A DNA stretch of 64,000 nt, from the NCBI RefSeq assembly GCF_001194135.2, contig NC_068983.1:7196102-7260101 (forward strand), read 5' to 3'. Of the stretch, positions 62,880 to 64,000 are shown one piece after another (position 1 is the first letter of the stretch; each line of letters opens with the position of its first letter). Below the pieces are notes generated by a model. The model saw nothing but the letters and a program-made list of their open reading frames with translations, was not told the origin of the DNA and did not search any database. Both the position numbers and the translations under genes were made by a program. The DNA comes from Octopus bimaculoides. Taxonomy: Eukaryota.

Positions 62880-63471
62880 TAAACCTTCCACTATAGGCAC
62901 AAGGCCAGTCACTGATGTTGACCCAGTACTCAACTGGTACTTTATTTTATAAATGCTTTAAGAATGAAAAGTAAAGTTGACCATTGCAGAATTTGAACTC
63001 AGAACATCAAGACAGATGAAATGGTACTCAGCATTTTGTCTGGCAAGCTAACGATTCTACCAACTCATCACTTTTAGCAGTAAAACAAATAATCCTTTCT
63101 ACTATAGACACAAGGCCTGAAATTTTGGGGGAGGGGACAAGTTGATTACATTGACCCCAGTGTTTCACTGGTACTTAATTTATCGACCCCGAAAGGATGA
63201 AAGGCAAAGTTGACCTCAGTGGAATTTGAACTCAAACAATTCTGCCAGCTCACTGCCTTACTACCAATAATAATAATAATCTTTTCTACTATAGGCACAA
63301 AGGAGAGAGTCCATTACATCAACCCCAGTATGCAACTGGTGGTACTTATTTTAACAACCTCACAAGGATGAAAGGTAAAGTCAACCTCAGCGGAATTTGA
63401 ACTCAGAACATAAAAATAGCTGACGTGCCACTAAGCATTTTACCTGAAATGCTAATGATTCTGCCAGCTCA

Positions 63472-63475
<4 letters not shown>
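62880..63475 (-). mobile_element. Three tandem family B SINE copies
   Basis: cttc/ttctactataggcacaagg...gaatttgaactcagaac recurs at ~62885, ~63095 and ~63282. Confidence 0.75.
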
Positions 63476-63511
<36 letters not shown>

Positions 63512-64000
63512 GCCTGGATCCAGTACCAGGCAGTGGCTCTCATGGTTTCTGATCTTAATTGGTTGGAAGTGTTATCATGTACATTGTTTTGTCCTGGTAT
63601 AAAAAGATGGGCTGCAGCAAATATTCTGCTCAATACCAAAGATTTGCTTGTCAGTTGTTTGACCTTAACCAGTTGAGCATGTCCCTTGGTGGCTGACGAT
63701 ATGTGCATCTTTGATCATGAGCAGAAGTAGTGGGGGAGCATCATAGCCATGTGTTGAGAGGAATTCTTTAGGGCTTGAATAATTCGCCTTTGGAAACATG
63801 GTTGTTTTGCTCAACATCCTTAAACAAACCTTATTCAGGGACCTTTTGAGCGGGATGGGCTACTCGACCTGAAAAAAATTCTAACTGGGCCCCACCTGCG
63901 AGGTCATGCGCTGTTTATCTTGATATGAGATCACCGTGTCGCGCACATATGGTTGTGATTCATGTACCTGGTGTACCCTTATCAGACGGGTAGTCATGAT

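Noticed and set aside
61915-64000. Search for the first NISCH coding exons (N-terminal PX strand and the RYSDF motif)
   Set aside because: Not found; the region is SINE and repeat sequence, so the 5' end probably lies outside the window.

Overview
AT-rich, microsatellite- and SINE-dense animal genomic DNA with several N gaps. The repeat content looks cephalopod, probably an Octopus draft scaffold (inference, not verified). The main feature is a minus-strand nischarin (NISCH) orthologue. I reconstructed 15 GT-AG exons by hand from 61914 down to the stop at 25894. They total 5106 nt (1701 codons plus stop) with every splice phase consistent, and encode PX domain, LRRs, a low-complexity linker and the NISCH C-terminal region. 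The first coding exon(s) are not visible and probably lie beyond 64000. One linker exon is expanded into a 352-codon Thr/Ser-rich tract containing a 23 x 18-nt coding repeat. The rest of the window is tRNA-derived SINEs of several families, Tc1/mariner remnants (one DD41D), hAT-, piggyBac- and mariner-type MITEs, LINE fragments and palindromic elements. One possible orphan plus-strand exon lies at 2604-2750. The most unusual signal is two unrelated small repeat elements in NISCH introns that each carry a minimal type I hammerhead ribozyme motif. One is a ~351-bp tandem/inverted, retrozyme- or Penelope-pLTR-like unit (36.6-37.1 kb). The other is a tRNA-headed SINE with the hammerhead in its 3' body (29.8-30.1 kb).
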